A stretch of 64,000 nucleotides of DNA from contig NW_024704760.1 of assembly GCF_018977255.1 (NCBI RefSeq), positions 4,526,001 through 4,590,000 on the forward strand, given 5' to 3'. The notes below the pieces were generated by a model. The model saw only the letters and a program-made list of their open reading frames with translations, had not been told where the DNA came from and did no database searches. Each line of letters starts with the position of its first letter. Position 1 is the stretch's first letter. The position numbers were made by a program, and so were the translations under genes. The DNA is from Callorhinchus milii. Its lineage: Eukaryota. Positions 60,071 through 64,000 of the stretch are shown here, piece by piece.

Positions 60071-62409
60071 ATAGTTATCCACGAAACCTATCCAACAAAA
60101 GGAATGACTACCCTCGGCACAGACCAAGGATGGGTCCACTACTTTGGGCGGTGGGGGTAAAGCCATGGAACTTTCCTCTCTTAGCCTCAAGCCTGGCTAA
60201 TAGGCGCACGAACAGTAACTTCCCTGTCCTCAGAGGATTCGAGTCAATGATCCCGTTCAGTGATTATTCACTAAACATCAAAGGCAGCTGACAAAACTGC
60301 GCACCAAGACAGCAAGATGTGGACTCTGTTATGTCATCTGGACCACACCAAGCAGATGTCGGCTTTTGCCACGTGGGAAACAAAGCCGTTAGTTAACCTC
60401 TTGTGATGATCCAACAGATCAGATCAAGTGATCCAAAGACAGTCTTAAAATAGCGTGGAATAGATGTATGATGTTAAAACCCTACGTACTGAGCTTGAGT
60501 GATAGTAATTGATGCTCCTAGGGATCTGCAGAGTTTAATGTCTTTGTTGCAAATCACATTTTGTCCTGCTACATTTTGTCTTTGTCACAATAACATTTCG
60601 TTCTGCACTGATGTAATTATCTTTATCCAATTTCACTGTTTAAATCCGCTCCGCTATCCTCCAATTATACTGCCCCGTGATAATAATAATAATAATCCTT
60701 GCATTTGATATAGGGCCTTATGACGTATTCGAGACGTCTCAAAGCGCTTCACAGAATATAGTGTAAAGTGAATTGACTGTAGACTTACGGGCAAATTTGT
60801 AGGTGAGAGCGAGCATCTTGAAGCCAATCCGCTGGGAGGCAAGGGTTCCTGGCAAATACAGGAGCAGGATAGTCATGTGAAGCTTTGTGCGAGAACAAAA
60901 TAATAATAATCCTTGCATTTGATATAGATCCTTATCACAGGATATACTGTAATGTGAAATAACTGCATTTTGCGGGCGAAACGTATTTTTCTCCCAATTT
61001 CTCCACAAATTACTATTGCCTGTCTGGAGGCCGACATAAATACAGCATTTAATTCTTGCGGTGAGTGCCTGTGTGTGCGTAAAACAAAAAACTCCTTTCT
61101 TTCAAATTACACAGTCTGCTGTTTAGAGCATATTTCAGGAAGTCTGTGTGTCTAATTCTCTCAGTCAGTTCTCACTGCCCTAATTCAGTCACACCCAGGT
61201 GCTGGGACATAAACCAGGGCTACTTTTCTCTTTTTTTAAAAAATGTTATCCTCGTGTGGATGAACCAGGATTTATTCACATCCTTTATCTGCTTTTGCTC
61301 AATTGAACGCTTAAACCTCATCACTAAAGCCCTCCAGCACGGCAGCGGTTTTGTGCAACTTGTTCTGCCTTACTCCTACACATTCGACTAAAAGGGCTCA
61401 CTTCACAGAGATGCACAATAAAGCATTTCGCCGGTCAGCAGATCCGAAAATAAATCGCCTTCGATTTTAAGAAGAACTCAAAAAACACGAAAAGCAAAAG
61501 AGTCACACGATTAAAGAGTTGACAAGATAGACCTTGTCCCCCACATTTGTGCTGCATCCTTCCTATGTGGATCATGGATGGTTAACTTTGACTTACACGC
61601 TTAAGGTTTTAAAGGGGATATCAGTTTGGAGCACAAGTCACTGGGTAGGGAGTAAAACAGATATCCCAGTCATTTCTCCCTCTCTGCAGACCAGGCTTTG
61701 CACATAGAGAAATAATAATCCCATCGCAAAGGTGGGAACAGATTGGAAAGCTAACGCAGACCAGGGGTAATCTTCCACTTTATCCTACTGCAGTGCACAC
61801 CCTTTGCCCGGTCATCAAATCACCAATGCCATCTGTTTAGTGTTCGATCAGCTGCGGAGGCTAATGTGCTGGTGGGGTGAGGACATGAGGAAAGGAGAGA
61901 GAGAGAGAGAGAGAGAAAAGCGAAAAACACAAACCAGCTGACATTCACATGCAGCAATTTCACAGCTTCACAAAGAACCCACAGGAAAAGTGGTGATACC
62001 CCAGGCAACATTGAGTCACAGTGCCCCGAGTTTAAAGCAAGGATGCCTTTGAGAATTTGTATTATTTTGAAACAAGATTAGGCTCTGTCATGTTAAAACA
62101 CATTTTAGACAGGGAGGTACCACGCTTCAACAAAAATCGGACGCTTAAGTGTTTAGAAACTGAGACTATTTCTTGCAGAATCGTTTCTCAATCTAGTTTC
62201 AGGTTATCTGCAAGCTGCAAAATGGCTGGGGTCACAGGAAATTCTGCAATGAGCTGCAATTGGAAGTGAAACTGGTTTGAATGACAGTGAAATAAACCAG
62301 TGAAATAAACAGGTGGTGGGGGGGTGGGCAGTGGAACTCGACAGCAACATGGGGGCATTTTCATTTTCACTCTCGTCAGGGCGTGGTGGGAAGTGTTGTG
62401 ACACAAGGG

Positions 62410-62545
62410 TAGATGAGATGGATAGATAATTGTTAGGTCGAGATATCAGAGAGTAATTGGACTTGAGGTACAGATCAGCCATGATCTTAGAGAATGGCAG
62501 AACAGGCTCGAAGGGCTGAATGGCCTCCTCCTGTTTCTATGAAGG
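62410..62545 (+). mobile_element. CR1-type LINE 3' end
   Basis: GATCAGCCATGATC...GGCTCGAAGGGCTGAATGGCCTCCTCCTGTTTCTATG. Confidence 0.75.
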
Positions 62546-64000
62546 AGATCCTGGTTCACTTTAACGAATTATACCATGTGAATCAAATGGCTTCTTAACA
62601 GTCACTAAACGTTCTAAAGTACCAAGCCAGGCTTAGCATAAACTGCTCTCTGGGGACTGTTTGATGATTGAATTTTAAGAGGATGAAAGTTTTCATTACA
62701 AATCAGTCCTCCCACACTCTGGGTGAAGTTTACTGAGGAGGTTAATAAAATAAAATAAAGTTTCATAGAGCGATATGGCACGGAAACAGGCCATTCCTCC
62801 CAACTCGTCCGTACCGGGAGTGACTATTTTGCACACACACGATTCAGGAAACACTGGGCTCATTTAGGAAAAATAGTTTGATGCTGCGATGGGAGGACAG
62901 TAAAATGGATATTCAGGAAGGATGAGGTCAAACAGACCAAAGGGTTCAAACCAATCTTGCGACCCAAGGCCCCAAATTCCACCTTAGCTTGCAAGACGAG
63001 TTGGCCTGAAAATTTAAGATCGTATAGAATAGGAACTATCTTCTATCGATTTAGGTATAACAACAAATTGCAATTGTATAGCACCTTTCAAGTCAGGAGG
63101 ACGTCCCAAGGTGCCTGCGTAGGACCTTTACAGACTCACATTTCTCAATTCTAGCTTCACACTTTTATATTTTTCGTTCTGTAAAAACAGTCACACGATA
63201 TACAGCACTTTCAACATGATCGCACTCTGAGAGGGCACATTAACGGAAAATGGGTTAAATCCACCAAAGTACTTTGTTTTAAAGAAAACAAAACTCAAGA
63301 CAGCGAACGTTATTATACTAACCCCGAAAAATTAAGATTCAAATAAAACATTTCATAACAGCCTGCTGCCTGGGGGCCGTTTTAAAAAGCACCAGAAGCC
63401 ACGCCAAGCAAATCACTCGTCAACCGTAGATTTTAATCAAACGTCTTATTTACAGATTTCGCCTGTGTTTAAAGACAGGAAACAGAAACACATGGCTTGT
63501 CAGATAGCAGCTCCTCCCTGTATTATTAACCTCAGCTCCGAACTTCCCTGATAAGAACACGTGCAAGCTGCAACACAAATTAAAACCAGTCGCTCCGTAA
63601 GATCCCCCTCTAGCTTCACTCGGATACTCTCAGCACGTGAAAAATGCAAAGAAATTCTTCAAAACGTTTTAAAAACTATAGTCTCTTCGCTCGGAAACGA
63701 GCGGCTAATGAGGGGCACTTTACTGTGGCAACAAGATCACAGCCGTAGTCAATTTATTCCCCAGCAGCTGAAACCTGGTACTTCTTATCCTTAAAAATGC
63801 TCTCTCCCCTCCCCCATTGCTTTGAAATTTCCAGAGTGCAGCATTTGAGGTAACACGTAATTAACCAGGCCAGTCTTGGGATTGTGATCACACATTGATT
63901 TCATAGGATCCCAAAGGATTTCAAACATCCTTTCTTAAAATAATAATAATAATCCTTGCATTTGATAAAGCACTTTATTACGTGCTTAAGACATCTCAAA

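Noticed and set aside
53470-64000. KIF21B exon 1
   Set aside because: No VKVAVR-like phase-2 exon found; probably outside the window
1-64000. CRISPR arrays, operons or other prokaryotic systems
   Set aside because: Spliced vertebrate locus; recurring motifs are dispersed retroposons, not regularly spaced arrays

Overview
Vertebrate genomic DNA, most likely a cartilaginous fish (possibly a holocephalan such as elephant shark; inferred from the repeat families only). Most of the window is a minus-strand kinesin-4 gene, KIF21B. I traced 33 phase-consistent internal coding exons from 53469 down to 21267 (motor domain, coiled coils, WD40 propeller), then two alternative terminal exons (20402-20501 and 18269-18347) and a ~3.5 kb 3' UTR ending near 14790. 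Exon 1 was not found and probably lies beyond the right edge. At the left is the first coding exon of a minus-strand copine (CPNE5-like, 4124-4230), missed by the ORF track, with a canonical REST/RE1 site just upstream. Between the two genes, past a CTCF motif, sits a plus-strand single-exon 97-aa membrane-protein ORF (10200-10493) with a KKxx ER-retrieval tail and HNF1/HNF4/GATA motifs upstream. It resembles a stand-alone HSD17B2/HSD11B2-type N-terminal anchor and is the best novelty candidate. Other points of interest: a candidate 9-nt neural microexon and a candidate poison exon in KIF21B, a degenerate Penelope-type hammerhead motif, inverted SINE pairs, and a fold-back element. Introns are rich in tRNA-headed Deu-domain SINEs and L2/CR1 3' fragments. 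Homology calls come from recalled family sequences, not database searches. Exon numbers are ordinal, and repeat boundaries are approximate.
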